NCBI GenBank assembly: GCA_963675525.2
Contig: CAXXSL010000016.1
Span: 736,001 to 800,000 of the forward strand
DNA length: 64,000 bases
Reading direction: 5' to 3'
Source of the DNA: Anaerohalosphaeraceae bacterium
GTDB lineage: Bacteria > Planctomycetota > Phycisphaerae > Sedimentisphaerales > Anaerohalosphaeraceae
The notes under the pieces are model-generated. The model worked only from the letters and a program-made list of their open reading frames with translations, was not told the DNA's origin and did not search any database. Positions within the stretch are counted from its first letter, which is position 1; every line of letters starts with the position of its first letter. A program made the position numbers and the translations under genes. Shown one piece after another: positions 10,236 to 20,225 of the stretch.

Positions 10236-11135
10236 CTACTCCGCCGGCTCGAACGGTTTTCCGGTCAGTTGCTCATAGGCCTCAATGTATTTGGCGCTGG
10301 TCTTTTGAATAATGTCATCCGGCAGAATCACGCCTTCGCCGGACTTATCAAAATTAATATCTTCCAGGTAGTTGCGCACAAATTGCTTGTCGTAGCTTTC
10401 CTGGTCGCGGCCCGGCTCGTATTTATCCGCCGGCCAGAACCGCGACGAATCCGGCGTCAGCGCCTCATCGATCAGGATGATCTTACCGTCCACTTCACCC
10501 CATTCAAATTTGGTATCGGCCAGCAAAATCCCCTTCGATGCGGCATGCTCGCTGGCCTTCTGAAAAATTTCCATACTCTTATCACGGACATACGTGGCCT
10601 TTTCGACCCCGATAACATCAGCGCACCGGTCAAAATCGATATTCTCATCATGTTCGCCCAATTCGGCCTTCGTCGCGGGCGTAAAGATCAATTCCGGCAG
10701 TTTCTCGCATTGCTTCAGTCCGCTGGGGAGCTTAATCCCGCACACCGTCCCGGACTGCTGGTATTCTTTCCAGCCGGAACCGGTAATATAGCTGCGAATC
10801 ACACATTCCACCGGCAGGACTTTGGTCTTCTTGACCAGCATCGTCCTCCCCGCTAATTGCTCCGGATAGTCGCAGAACGGCGCCGGAAAATCCTCTACCG
10901 CATCGCTGATGAGGTGGTTCTCAACAACGCCGTCCAGAAACTGGAACCAGAACTTCGAAATCTGCGTCAGTACCTGCCCCTTGTGCGGAATCCCCGATTT
11001 CATGATCACATCGAAGGCGCTGAGCCGGTCCGACGCCGCGATCAGCAGCGAATCACCCAGGTCGTAAATGTCCCGCACCTTGCCGTGTTTGCCCTCAACG
11101 CCGCCAATCTCCGTCTGTAATACTACATTCGCCAT
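10236..11135 (-). CDS. purC: SAICAR synthetase
   Basis: GKVRDIY, SDRLSAFD, FTPATK, DTKFEWG, TPDSSRFW, SYDKQFVR. Confidence 0.95.
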   Translation of the reverse strand: MANVVLQTEIGGVEGKHGKVRDIYDLGDSLLIAASDRLSAFDVIMKSGIPHKGQVLTQISKFWFQFLDGVVENHLISDAVEDFPAPFCDYPEQLAGRTMLVKKTKVLPVECVIRSYITGSGWKEYQQSGTVCGIKLPSGLKQCEKLPELIFTPATKAELGEHDENIDFDRCADVIGVEKATYVRDKSMEIFQKASEHAASKGILLADTKFEWGEVDGKIILIDEALTPDSSRFWPADKYEPGRDQESYDKQFVRNYLEDINFDKSGEGVILPDDIIQKTSAKYIEAYEQLTGKPFEPAE

Positions 11136-11328
11136 CTTAAACTCCATTTTTTAAGTGATTATGGTTACTGGTAACTGATCAACTGGGTACTACTATATAA
11201 AATCTCGCCCCATTATTCAATCATCAATATTCATGAATCATCCCAAGGCTCGTCCCGGCACAATCGATAATACCAACCCTCAAGAATCTGGACTACGGGA
11301 GCTCAAAATCCATTTTGCCAAATAAATA

Positions 11329-11356
11329 TTGACAATGTCGAATATTCAGTTATACT
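11329..11356 (+). promoter_or_regulatory. Putative sigma70 promoter (TTGACA-16 nt-TATACT)
   Basis: Near-consensus -35/-10 upstream of the pseudopilin gene. Confidence 0.55.
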
Positions 11357-11412
11357 ATTTTATTAAATCGCACATTGATTATGAGTATGGAAAAATTCGT
11401 TTGACCAAAACG

Positions 11413-12276
11413 ATGAAGAAAAATGCCTTTACACTGCTTGAGTTGCTCGTCGTTATTGCCATCTTAGCTCTGCTTTTATCCGTTATTCTACCAAGTTTAA
11501 ATAAGGCTAAAGATAAAGCCAAAGATATCGTCTGCCGTTCCCACCTCAGAGGAATTGGAGTGGCAGTCCTACTCTATTTGAACGACAATGAATTCAGAGC
11601 ATTTAATAACAGAGAATCCAATGGACATCTCTGGTATGATGACAACGGCAATTACATCACGCCGGACAATACGGTTTGGTGGGAAGATGCCTATTGGGCA
11701 TTGGGGTACAGAGCATACGCCTCGGATGAAAAGGTTTTCAGTTGTCCTTCGTTTATCTTGCAGAATGTAGCGGAATTAATATATTCGACGGATACCAATT
11801 ACCAGACAACCCGGACGAATTTGAAGCGAGCCTCCGGCTATAGCCTGAACAGCTTCTTTTTTCGCGATCCGGAAGCGGCCAGCACCGGCGCCAACAGATA
11901 TAACAGGAAGATCAGCCGACTGAAATCTCCGAGCCGTTTGATTGTGACCCATGACCATATGGAACCGAAAATAGAAGGAGATTCCGGCGGCGGCGATCAG
12001 GATGACATGTTGTATATTCCGAAGGGAAGTGTATACAACCTGACACAGTATCGCACAGGTAGCCGAAAAGATTACTACGGATATATCTTCCGCCATTCTA
12101 AAAAGAACAAAAGCTGGGACGAGCCGTCGCAGCAGGCCGCACGGATTCCACAGATCGATACCAATCCCAACGGCAGCGTGAACGTCCTGTTTGCTGACGG
12201 CAGTGTCGATAAAATCATGGAAACAACAGGAATAAACATCCCACACAGCATGTACAGCGGCACCAGGGATGAATAG
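11413..12276 (+). CDS. Prepilin-type N-terminal cleavage/methylation protein with H-Xn-DG-like C-terminus
   Basis: MKKNAFTLLELLVVIAILALL...C.SHLRGIG; FSCPS; NVLFADGSV. Confidence 0.88.
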   Translation: MKKNAFTLLELLVVIAILALLLSVILPSLNKAKDKAKDIVCRSHLRGIGVAVLLYLNDNEFRAFNNRESNGHLWYDDNGNYITPDNTVWWEDAYWALGYRAYASDEKVFSCPSFILQNVAELIYSTDTNYQTTRTNLKRASGYSLNSFFFRDPEAASTGANRYNRKISRLKSPSRLIVTHDHMEPKIEGDSGGGDQDDMLYIPKGSVYNLTQYRTGSRKDYYGYIFRHSKKNKSWDEPSQQAARIPQIDTNPNGSVNVLFADGSVDKIMETTGINIPHSMYSGTRDE

Positions 12277-12400
12277 AACTAAAGAGACCGGGAGTCTTCT
12301 TAGTAACAAGCCAATATATCAATATTAACTGTTTCTTTTTGGCAATAAATACGATCCCGATACAGCCCCTTATTGCACTGCACCCACTCGGTCAATGCAT

Positions 12401-12443
12401 AAAAAAACTGCGGCCTGAAGGTTTGTCAGCAAGCCGCAGTTTT
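12401..12443 (-). terminator. Intrinsic terminator downstream of the small peptide gene
   Basis: aaaactgcggc...gccgcagtttt stem with a U-tract on the minus strand. Confidence 0.7.
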
Positions 12444-12464
12444 AAATTAAACGTGATTCTCCCC

Positions 12465-12686
12465 TCACGCCTTGGTTTCGTCTTTGTCTTTTTTGTCCCC
12501 GCCGCCGCATTGCGGGTCAGGGGCGGGCTTGTCACCTTTGTCGCCGCCGCAAAGAGTCTGGAAGTCGGATGTAAATGCCTTTTCGTCCTTATCTTTGTCC
12601 CCGCCGCAGGAACTGCCGCAAGCCATAACGGGAGTGGCCGCGAAGATCATTAATGCCATTAAACAGTATATCATTAATTTTTTCAT
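12465..12686 (-). CDS. Small secreted peptide with three CGG(G)DK repeats
   Basis: GAAAGGA RBS, signal peptide ending VMA-C, own terminator, repeats visible at DNA level. Confidence 0.75.
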   Translation of the reverse strand: MKKLMIYCLMALMIFAATPVMACGSSCGGDKDKDEKAFTSDFQTLCGGDKGDKPAPDPQCGGGDKKDKDETKA

Positions 12687-12867
12687 GGGTCTGTCCTTTC
12701 AATATTCAATTTAAATGTTGATTTTATTGCTTATTGGTACTTGATACGCCCACCCCACCGATTTGTTTAAAAATAAATTCGATTTTTTATGCCCCATTAA
12801 AAGATGCAATACAGCACTTTTCAGATGAAACGGACAAGCCATGTGAATAATCAACTTTGCATACCCA

Positions 12868-13407
12868 TCAGGGCTGGCACTTGGTATAACTTTTTCCGGA
12901 AAAGTATTCACGGGCGATCGCCCTGCCTTGTTCGCTGTTGGCGGGAACCCATTCGGCCCCATCCACTTTTTTAATAAGCTTCAGTGAAACGGGGACATTT
13001 GCATCATCAGAATGATTCGTTTCAACCGTCTGCTCCTTTTCAAGGAAGCCGATAATCATATTTTTTTCGTCGCCGTTTTTATAGAAAACATAGGCTCTTA
13101 CCCCCGCCAGCATCCCGTCTTCATGCGGACCGGATGGAGCTTCTATCGGCGGTGTTTGTCCGGATTTGGATGCAAAGAGATCCCCGGTATTCAGGTCATA
13201 GTACCATTCTTTATTAATGACTTCGGGAATCGCTGATTGTTTCATCGTTGGTAATGTAACGATAAGAAAAAGAATGATAATGACCGGAACCGCGGCAACA
13301 CAAATTGTAAGTACCGGCCGGCGCTTGGCAATTCGCAGCCAGTTATCACGGAAGGTCTCCCAGCGATACGCGAGTATCATTTTCCTGCTTTTCCAGTTAT
13401 CGATCAT
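12868..13407 (-). CDS. Hypothetical single-pass membrane protein
   Basis: One TM helix, then WYYDLNTGDLF..PPIEAPSG..GVRAYVF; co-oriented with the upstream pseudopilin. Confidence 0.65.
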   Translation of the reverse strand: MIDNWKSRKMILAYRWETFRDNWLRIAKRRPVLTICVAAVPVIIILFLIVTLPTMKQSAIPEVINKEWYYDLNTGDLFASKSGQTPPIEAPSGPHEDGMLAGVRAYVFYKNGDEKNMIIGFLEKEQTVETNHSDDANVPVSLKLIKKVDGAEWVPANSEQGRAIAREYFSGKSYTKCQP

Positions 13408-13441
13408 TATTTTTAACCGTCATTTAAGTTGCAAACAATCA

Positions 13442-14212
13442 TTAAAATCCCGTACTTCCCCAAACCAGCTTAATACAGTCAACGACATCCTCGTTGTCAT
13501 ACTGCAGGGGTTGTGAAACGACATAGGGCGACAAAGGACAATTTTCACGCGTGTAGTTAGCAGTTTGGGGGTCTTTCCATTTCCAGTATTCACAGCGCCC
13601 GTCCCCAAAAGAAAACGTCGTTCCAAAACCATGCGGCACCGGAACCCAGTCCCACCATAACGGCAGTTCATAATTGGTCGTGAAACTTTCGGGCGTTGTA
13701 ATTCCTTCTTCAACGAAAATTGCCCGGTCAAAGGGATGATTGATTTGGCTGGTCTTCTTGCAGATCAAGTGCGCTGTATTCGGGACCCCCGTAAAACCGT
13801 TCATGGAATCCACGGGCACATAATTCCGGACAACACCGTCGATCACTTTGGGACATCGATAAGCATCCGGCGCGGGACAATAATCCCAAAAAAGTCCCCT
13901 TTGCATTTCATCAAGCTTTTCTTTTTCCGTGCCCTTGTAAACATCTTCTCCCATCCATCCCTCCGGCTCTGTATTGGCGCTGACAATTTTGCCATCGTTA
14001 TTATCCGCATACATAAACCATCCCAGTGTCAGTTGTCTGAGATTACTCAGGCAGACCACCCGCCGGGCGTTCTCTTTGGAAGCTTGTAATGACGGCATCG
14101 TAATGCTCATTAAAAGGGCAATAATCGCGATGACAACAAGAAGTTCCAGCAAGGTAAACCCCCTGCCGTTAGAATATTGAAAACGCCTTTTGGTATATGC
14201 TATATACACCAT
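13442..14212 (-). CDS. Prepilin-type cleavage/methylation protein with H-X9-DG domain
   Basis: GFTLLELLVVIAIIALL, CLSNLRQL, YRCP, HGFGTTFSFGDG. Confidence 0.9.
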   Translation of the reverse strand: MVYIAYTKRRFQYSNGRGFTLLELLVVIAIIALLMSITMPSLQASKENARRVVCLSNLRQLTLGWFMYADNNDGKIVSANTEPEGWMGEDVYKGTEKEKLDEMQRGLFWDYCPAPDAYRCPKVIDGVVRNYVPVDSMNGFTGVPNTAHLICKKTSQINHPFDRAIFVEEGITTPESFTTNYELPLWWDWVPVPHGFGTTFSFGDGRCEYWKWKDPQTANYTRENCPLSPYVVSQPLQYDNEDVVDCIKLVWGSTGF

Positions 14213-14239
14213 CTTTCCTTAACTGCACTCACCGAACCA

Positions 14240-14338
14240 GTCACATTTTGTGACCAGTTGATTCGACTCCTTTTTGTCCTTTTTGATCTTGAGGTTCCAT
14301 TTTAACACCTCAACCTGAAGTCACAAGCTGTGATTTCA
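14240..14338. promoter_or_regulatory. Two TCACA-N3-TGTGA palindromes (candidate operators)
   Basis: gtcacattttgtgac (14240-14254) and tgaagtcacaagctgtgatttca (14316-14338). Confidence 0.45.
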
Positions 14339-14383
14339 ACTTTTTTCTCCTTATTCACCGTCTCAGTTGGTAGGTGTCTAAGA

Positions 14384-17300
14384 TTATTGTTCCGGTGCCG
14401 GTATCTCAATAATTGTAGTCTGCCCGGGTTCCAAATCTTTCGAATGAACAATGATTTTCTTACGTAGAGATTTACCGCCTGTCCCGTACGCCGTTATTTT
14501 GAAGGAATACGAAAGATCTTCCTGTCCGGCTACCAAACCACGAAAGCTAAAATATTCTTCCTCTTCTGTAAAGAAGTCACGCATGGATTGCCCTTGATAA
14601 AGTCCTGGACTTGTTTCATGAAATCCTATACTTGAACTACACTTGTTTGCATATTCTTCCTGTCGCCAATCGAAATTTACAAGCGTGCGACATTCTGCGG
14701 GTTTTTTTAATTTGATGGTTGCTTCCGGCTGAAGTGTGATCTCCACCCACTGTTCGCTAAGTGAAAATTTTGTTCTCGATACATACTTTCTGTTTCTTGT
14801 ATTAACCCACAACCATCCGTTGGCCGGCACATCCTTCGATAAACTGATTTTACAGGAAAACTGCCCGTCACCGGCAATTTTCATATCACCTTCAAAAATT
14901 GACAGCAAGACGTCTGGGTGAAGATAATATTCTATTTCATCGGTACTAACAACCTCGGGCAGGTGAACAATCCCTTCAATAACAGGGTGTTTTTTTATGG
15001 GAATCGAAATTTTGTTTTCTAAACCAGCCTTGATCTCCACTTCAACATCATTCTTATAATCATAGATTGGGTATCCAGTTGCATCAATCGTATAGTTACC
15101 TTCTTTTAATCGCACACGATATCTGCCCGCATCATCAAGCTTAACCTTAAAACGATCTCCGTTTTCCGGGGTAATCCTAACGTCTGCTCTTTCGTATTGA
15201 ATTTGTTCCTGTGTGTCTTGATTAATCAGTATAATTTCAAAATCACAAAGGGAATCATCGGCATGTACCTCTATCGGTTTTTCAGACGCTGGATGGTCAG
15301 GAGACACAATCCGAAGATCGTCCCGCCCAACTTTAATATCCCTCTGCTGAACCTTATATTCGCCATTTTCCGCATATATTTCAACTTCTCCCTCACACAG
15401 GCCGGAGATTAAAAAATGTCCCGCAGAATCCGTTATGATAACATTTGGATCTTCGTTTAGTTGCCCTTCTCCCGAAACAAAAACGCGATATCCCTCAAGT
15501 GGATTGCCCATGCGATCGACCACAATGCCGGATAATGTTTGATTTGGCACCCGCAGTTGAATTTGCCCAAAATCAAGCTTTGCTGTTTCTCGTAAAACCC
15601 ATATAATATTATGGATTTTTTCTACTTGTGGTTCTCCGACAGGTGTTGCCACTTTCACGACTATGTAATCTTTATTCTCCTCTATCATCTTCGTAATTTG
15701 CGGATCATGTTTTGAGCTAATGATTTTCTTCTGAACCCTTCCGTGCCCTTCGGCAGTAATTTCGAGAATATATGAAAATTCGGGAATCAGTTGGAAACGG
15801 AATGACCCCGTTGAGTCTGTCTGTACTCCGTCGTACAGGAAAAAATATTTCTCTCTAAAGATACGATCGCAGAAGATCCAACCCATCGCTTCAGGATACG
15901 CATAGATACGCACGGTGGAGGCCGCCGGCTCTCCGCGTTCATCGACAACCTTGCCGCTTGCCAACGTGGTCGAGTTTAGCGGGATTTCAATTTGCCTTTC
16001 CCAATTGTACTTGGCCCATCCGCCCTGTCGCATCCGAGGATGAAACGCCAGCAATATCACGTCCCGGGCGATTGGTTCTCCCGAAAGCAGGGCAATGGTT
16101 TCAGTTGCTGATTCGTCTTCCTCAGAGTTGCTTGTCTGCAGCATCACGATGCCGATTTCTCCCTCGTCACCGTAAACAGGATCAGACAATGCGCGTTGCC
16201 GGGAGAGAGAAGAGGCGTCTTCGAGTAATCGCTTCATATTGGAACGCTTGAGCGGTTGGAGAGACTCCCGCTGAAACAGGAAACTGCCATCTTTGTCCGT
16301 TGTCGTAATCGATTCCGAAAATCCAAGCTGTCGGACTGTTACACCAGCCACCGGCCGACCGGTGAATGTCACACAACGACCTTCGTAGCCGGAAAGCAAT
16401 TGGGCCACCAGCAACACCTGCTGATCGGCCCCGGCGTCCACATGGATGAGGTCTCCTTGTCCGATAAGTTCATAATCCGGCTTACTAATCGATTCGACGG
16501 CATAGTCGCCCGGAGGAAGACGAAAAACAGCAACGCCGTCGTCGCCAGTGGTAACCGGCAGAATGGTATCGCCGGACAATTCAGCAATCTGCATGAGAAC
16601 CTGTCCCTGCGATTGGCCGAGGGGTGCATAGGTAATCTTTTTAACCGTTTGGACATTCGAACGGATTTGCTCCAAGGTGGTTGGGGTATTTTCAGCACCC
16701 ACCGGTTTTAAGGCAACACCAACGTCGGCTAACGGTTGCTGCTCGGTATCCTGCACACGGATTGTTACCGTCTGGCAACATACCGCGGGGATTGTGATAT
16801 TGTCGGTTTGCCCTTCTGTTAGTTCAATTTTTTGTGCGGCGGCGTGCCATTTTCGATCATTGGCTATAAATGGGTCTAGGGAAATCTTATAGGTTCCGGG
16901 TGATAAGTGCTCCGTTGCAAAAATGCCCTGTGAGTCGGTCGTGATTACCTGATTATTCCCTTCAGGGTCGTCGGCCACAGCAGAGCCTGCGTAGGCAGTC
17001 CAGACAACCCCTCCATGACTGAGACCGTTCATTTTAACAACAAAGATTTTTTCGCCGGGGATGCCCGCGGCAGTCTGTTTGTTGATCAAACATCCGCAAA
17101 TCGCACATGCTCTTTCAAGAGTAAACAGCAATGGAGCACCGCCTGCCGGAATAGTCATTTCCTCTGGCCGTTGGTCCGTCGGCCAGGTATATTGATGCGC
17201 ATATCCCTCGGCCTTAATAGAGAACTCGGCCTTGGCAAACGATGGAATATTAGAAATTAAGAATTCGCCGTTCACGTCTGTCGTTGCTGTCAACCAATCA

Positions 17301-18538
17301 GTCTGGGCCGCTTCTTTGGCCTCCGACTGACCATAATCAAACATTTGATAACTGGACACATAAGCGGATACCCTTCCCTCCGCAACAGGCTTTCCGGAAG
17401 TATCGACCACCCGGCCGGTATACGCCTTGTGCCCAAACTTCATCTCAAGCGGTTCAAGATCAGAATCTGTAAATGAAAAGGATTTAACTAGCAAAGCATA
17501 ATCATCTTTGTAAGCAATCAACAGGCTGTGTTCTGTTTTTCGATCATAATCTGTCCGTTCAAACACATATTTCCCCAAAGAATCGGTGGTCGTTTTCCCG
17601 ACAGCTTTAACCGCAAAACCAAACGGCTGATTATTATCTTCGAAAACATCATAAATCGAAATCGTCACGTCTTCCAATGGGATAAACGGCTCTTCGATGA
17701 TCATCCCTGAGACCGAGCGGATACCCGTATCAAACGGCGCCAATTCAACCGGCTGATTTTCCTGAATGCGGCCGGAGGCAATATGTAAGTAACGAGAATT
17801 TGCCAGCATCGCGCCGTAAGAAATCGAACGAACGGAGTTTTCCATTGCCAGCTTGTCCAAAAGCTCAATTTCTATCTGTTGCTCGTTGCATCGATAACTG
17901 AAAGAATCGCCGGTGATTCCATCGTCTGTGGTGCAATAGTTTTTCCCATCGTTGACTTCGATATAAAACTCCGCCGTAGCGTCCGTCGGAATAAAATCGA
18001 ATTTAAACCGCCCTGCTTCATCCGTCTTTTCGGTTAGACGGTCAAAGTAGTTGATACTATCTGTATTTTTTTCAGTCGGGAGCATTAACAACGCCCGGAC
18101 CGATGCGCCCGTTACCGGCTGGCCGCTTTCATCAACAACCCGCCCGGCCAATTTCCCATACCGATCCAACTGCAACGTCGTTGTTTTATCCTGTCGAAGG
18201 TTCCACGAGGCCCAGCATAGCCCCATTTCCTTCTTAGCAACAAGAATAGTGGCCCACTGTTGCAGTTCGTTTTCGGCACGTCGGCTCGTCAACGTAAACT
18301 GTCCCTCGGAGTCCGACATTGCCTGACCGACAAGTGTTCGTTGAACCTCAAACGTCGTCATGTCGTAAGACATTTCATAAAGAAACACATACGCATCGGC
18401 AACAGCATTTCCCGGAGTATCAGTAATCCGTCCCGTGCAAGTGACCGTGTCCTCGGCTGTAAGTCCGCGCGAAGAATGAGTGAGTAAAAAGGTGAGACAC
18501 AAGAGCATAAAAAAAGATTGACGCGTTTTACAGAGCAT
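14384..18538 (-). CDS. Large secreted protein with repeated carboxypeptidase-regulatory-like (beta-sandwich) domains
   Basis: Signal peptide; repeated G.V.D..G.PV..A.V and TD..G.F motifs; AGGAGG RBS. Confidence 0.82.
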   Translation of the reverse strand: MLCKTRQSFFMLLCLTFLLTHSSRGLTAEDTVTCTGRITDTPGNAVADAYVFLYEMSYDMTTFEVQRTLVGQAMSDSEGQFTLTSRRAENELQQWATILVAKKEMGLCWASWNLRQDKTTTLQLDRYGKLAGRVVDESGQPVTGASVRALLMLPTEKNTDSINYFDRLTEKTDEAGRFKFDFIPTDATAEFYIEVNDGKNYCTTDDGITGDSFSYRCNEQQIEIELLDKLAMENSVRSISYGAMLANSRYLHIASGRIQENQPVELAPFDTGIRSVSGMIIEEPFIPLEDVTISIYDVFEDNNQPFGFAVKAVGKTTTDSLGKYVFERTDYDRKTEHSLLIAYKDDYALLVKSFSFTDSDLEPLEMKFGHKAYTGRVVDTSGKPVAEGRVSAYVSSYQMFDYGQSEAKEAAQTDWLTATTDVNGEFLISNIPSFAKAEFSIKAEGYAHQYTWPTDQRPEEMTIPAGGAPLLFTLERACAICGCLINKQTAAGIPGEKIFVVKMNGLSHGGVVWTAYAGSAVADDPEGNNQVITTDSQGIFATEHLSPGTYKISLDPFIANDRKWHAAAQKIELTEGQTDNITIPAVCCQTVTIRVQDTEQQPLADVGVALKPVGAENTPTTLEQIRSNVQTVKKITYAPLGQSQGQVLMQIAELSGDTILPVTTGDDGVAVFRLPPGDYAVESISKPDYELIGQGDLIHVDAGADQQVLLVAQLLSGYEGRCVTFTGRPVAGVTVRQLGFSESITTTDKDGSFLFQRESLQPLKRSNMKRLLEDASSLSRQRALSDPVYGDEGEIGIVMLQTSNSEEDESATETIALLSGEPIARDVILLAFHPRMRQGGWAKYNWERQIEIPLNSTTLASGKVVDERGEPAASTVRIYAYPEAMGWIFCDRIFREKYFFLYDGVQTDSTGSFRFQLIPEFSYILEITAEGHGRVQKKIISSKHDPQITKMIEENKDYIVVKVATPVGEPQVEKIHNIIWVLRETAKLDFGQIQLRVPNQTLSGIVVDRMGNPLEGYRVFVSGEGQLNEDPNVIITDSAGHFLISGLCEGEVEIYAENGEYKVQQRDIKVGRDDLRIVSPDHPASEKPIEVHADDSLCDFEIILINQDTQEQIQYERADVRITPENGDRFKVKLDDAGRYRVRLKEGNYTIDATGYPIYDYKNDVEVEIKAGLENKISIPIKKHPVIEGIVHLPEVVSTDEIEYYLHPDVLLSIFEGDMKIAGDGQFSCKISLSKDVPANGWLWVNTRNRKYVSRTKFSLSEQWVEITLQPEATIKLKKPAECRTLVNFDWRQEEYANKCSSSIGFHETSPGLYQGQSMRDFFTEEEEYFSFRGLVAGQEDLSYSFKITAYGTGGKSLRKKIIVHSKDLEPGQTTIIEIPAPEQ

Positions 18539-18781
18539 GGGTGTTTCCTCCTTGATAAAATATCTGTATTATTTCATTTTTGACCTGCGAATTTATCTTA
18601 GGTACCTTATCGGAAATATTATAGATCAATCCCTGGCAAAAATAAACGTCAAAATCCTCCCCAAATCGCCCTGTATACTTGCATTCATATATTCTGACAT
18701 TTTTGGGAAAAAACAGCCGCAATCAAACGCCCGCCCCTGTATAATACACTCGCAGGCGGCCAATGCCGCCCTGAGGTCTAA

Positions 18782-19055
18782 AACCTCAAGTCTCGAGTCT
18801 CAGGCCTCAAGACTGAAATTGACAATTTCAACAGAGTGCGAACGCCCCGCGTCGCCCGGTTTACCTTGAGCCTGTCGAAAGGCCTGCCAACCCTTTTTTC
18901 TCTGTGAAATCTGCGTAATCTGTGGATACCTTTTTTCGCCAAACGAACCCAATTCTTGGATCTGAGAAACCACCGTAAATTCTTTCTTTATAGCTAATTG
19001 CTGAAATCTTAAGGCTGATAGCGACTCAAAAAACAAACCCAAACAAAGCCATTTT
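18782..19055. repeat. Patchwork of short-period and REP-like repeat fragments
   Basis: 7-mer array (18782-18814), ccttgagcctgtcgaaagg (18864), 9-mer tctgtgaaatctgcgtaatctgtgg (18901), AAACCC/AAAGCC motifs (18939, 19028). Confidence 0.55.
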
Positions 19056-19149
19056 GAGACTTCCCATTGTGTGAAAAATTCAGTACAATCATCAGACATG
19101 ACAATGTTAAGCAGTACAAAATAATGACAAACTCAAAGAAAGGCTTCTT

Positions 19150-20208
19150 ATGAATAAACAATCTCAAAGCTTTTTGACCGATTTGCTCCAGGCACCCAGT
19201 CCCTCAGGATTTGAGCAGCCCGCCGCCAAAATCTGGCGCAACTATGTCAAACCCAGCGTCGATGAACTGATTCCAGATGTACACGGAAACTCTATCGCCG
19301 TTTTGAACCCAAAAGCGAAGTTTAAATTCATGCTCGCCGGGCACATCGACGAAATCGGCCTGATGATTACCCACATCGATGACAAAGGCTACCTCTACAC
19401 CGCCCAGATCGGCGGCATGGACCCCGCCCTGCTCATCGGCCAGCGCGTCAAAATCATGACCGCCAAAGGCCCCATTCTCGGCGTCATCGGACGCAAGGCC
19501 ATCCATCAGATGACCCCCGAAGAACGCAAGAAAAACGTCGAAATGGACAATATCTGGGTCGATATCGGCGCCAACAACAAAAAGGCCGCCGAAAAACGCG
19601 TCGCCATTGGCGACCCCATGGTCGTGGACGTGGCCTGTCGCCAGCTCAACGGCGACAAACTTGTCTCCCGCGCGACCGACGACAAAGCCGGGGCATTTGT
19701 TGTCGCCGAATGTATGAAAGCACTGTCCAAACGCAAGCTGAATGTCTGCGTTGTCGGCGTCGCCACTGTCCAGGAGGAAATCGGCCTGCGCGGCGCAATT
19801 ACCTCCAGCTACCAGGTCAAACCGGATGCCGGATTTGCGATTGATGTGACATTCAGCAGCGACCACCCGGACACCAACCCCAAAAAAACCGGCGAGGTCA
19901 AGCTCGGCAGCGGCCCCGTTTTGCATCGCGGCCCGAACATCAACCCCGTCATGGAAAAAGAACTGTTCAAGATCGCCAAACAGAAAAAAATAGCGTACCA
20001 GGTGACCGCCGAACCGCGCGGCACCGGCACCGACGCCAATGCCATGCAGTTATCCCGCGGCGGCGCCGCAACCGGCCTTATCAGTATCCCCAACCGTTAT
20101 ATGCATACACCGGTAGAAGTAATTTCGACAAAGGATTTGGATAATACGATTAAGCTGATTGTGGAATACATCGCCGCCCATCCGGCTAAACGGGATTACA
20201 GACCCTGA
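19150..20208 (+). CDS. M42 family metallopeptidase
   Basis: SPSGFE, GHIDEIG, DDKAG, VQEEIGLRGA, GTDA, RYMHTPVE. Confidence 0.93.
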   Translation: MNKQSQSFLTDLLQAPSPSGFEQPAAKIWRNYVKPSVDELIPDVHGNSIAVLNPKAKFKFMLAGHIDEIGLMITHIDDKGYLYTAQIGGMDPALLIGQRVKIMTAKGPILGVIGRKAIHQMTPEERKKNVEMDNIWVDIGANNKKAAEKRVAIGDPMVVDVACRQLNGDKLVSRATDDKAGAFVVAECMKALSKRKLNVCVVGVATVQEEIGLRGAITSSYQVKPDAGFAIDVTFSSDHPDTNPKKTGEVKLGSGPVLHRGPNINPVMEKELFKIAKQKKIAYQVTAEPRGTGTDANAMQLSRGGAATGLISIPNRYMHTPVEVISTKDLDNTIKLIVEYIAAHPAKRDYRP

Positions 20209-20225
20209 GCAGGAACCCACCCTAT

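Noticed and set aside
18800..19099. 99-aa minus-strand ORF
   Set aside because: Translates repeat fragments (PQITQISQ, FRQAQG); no RBS or domain
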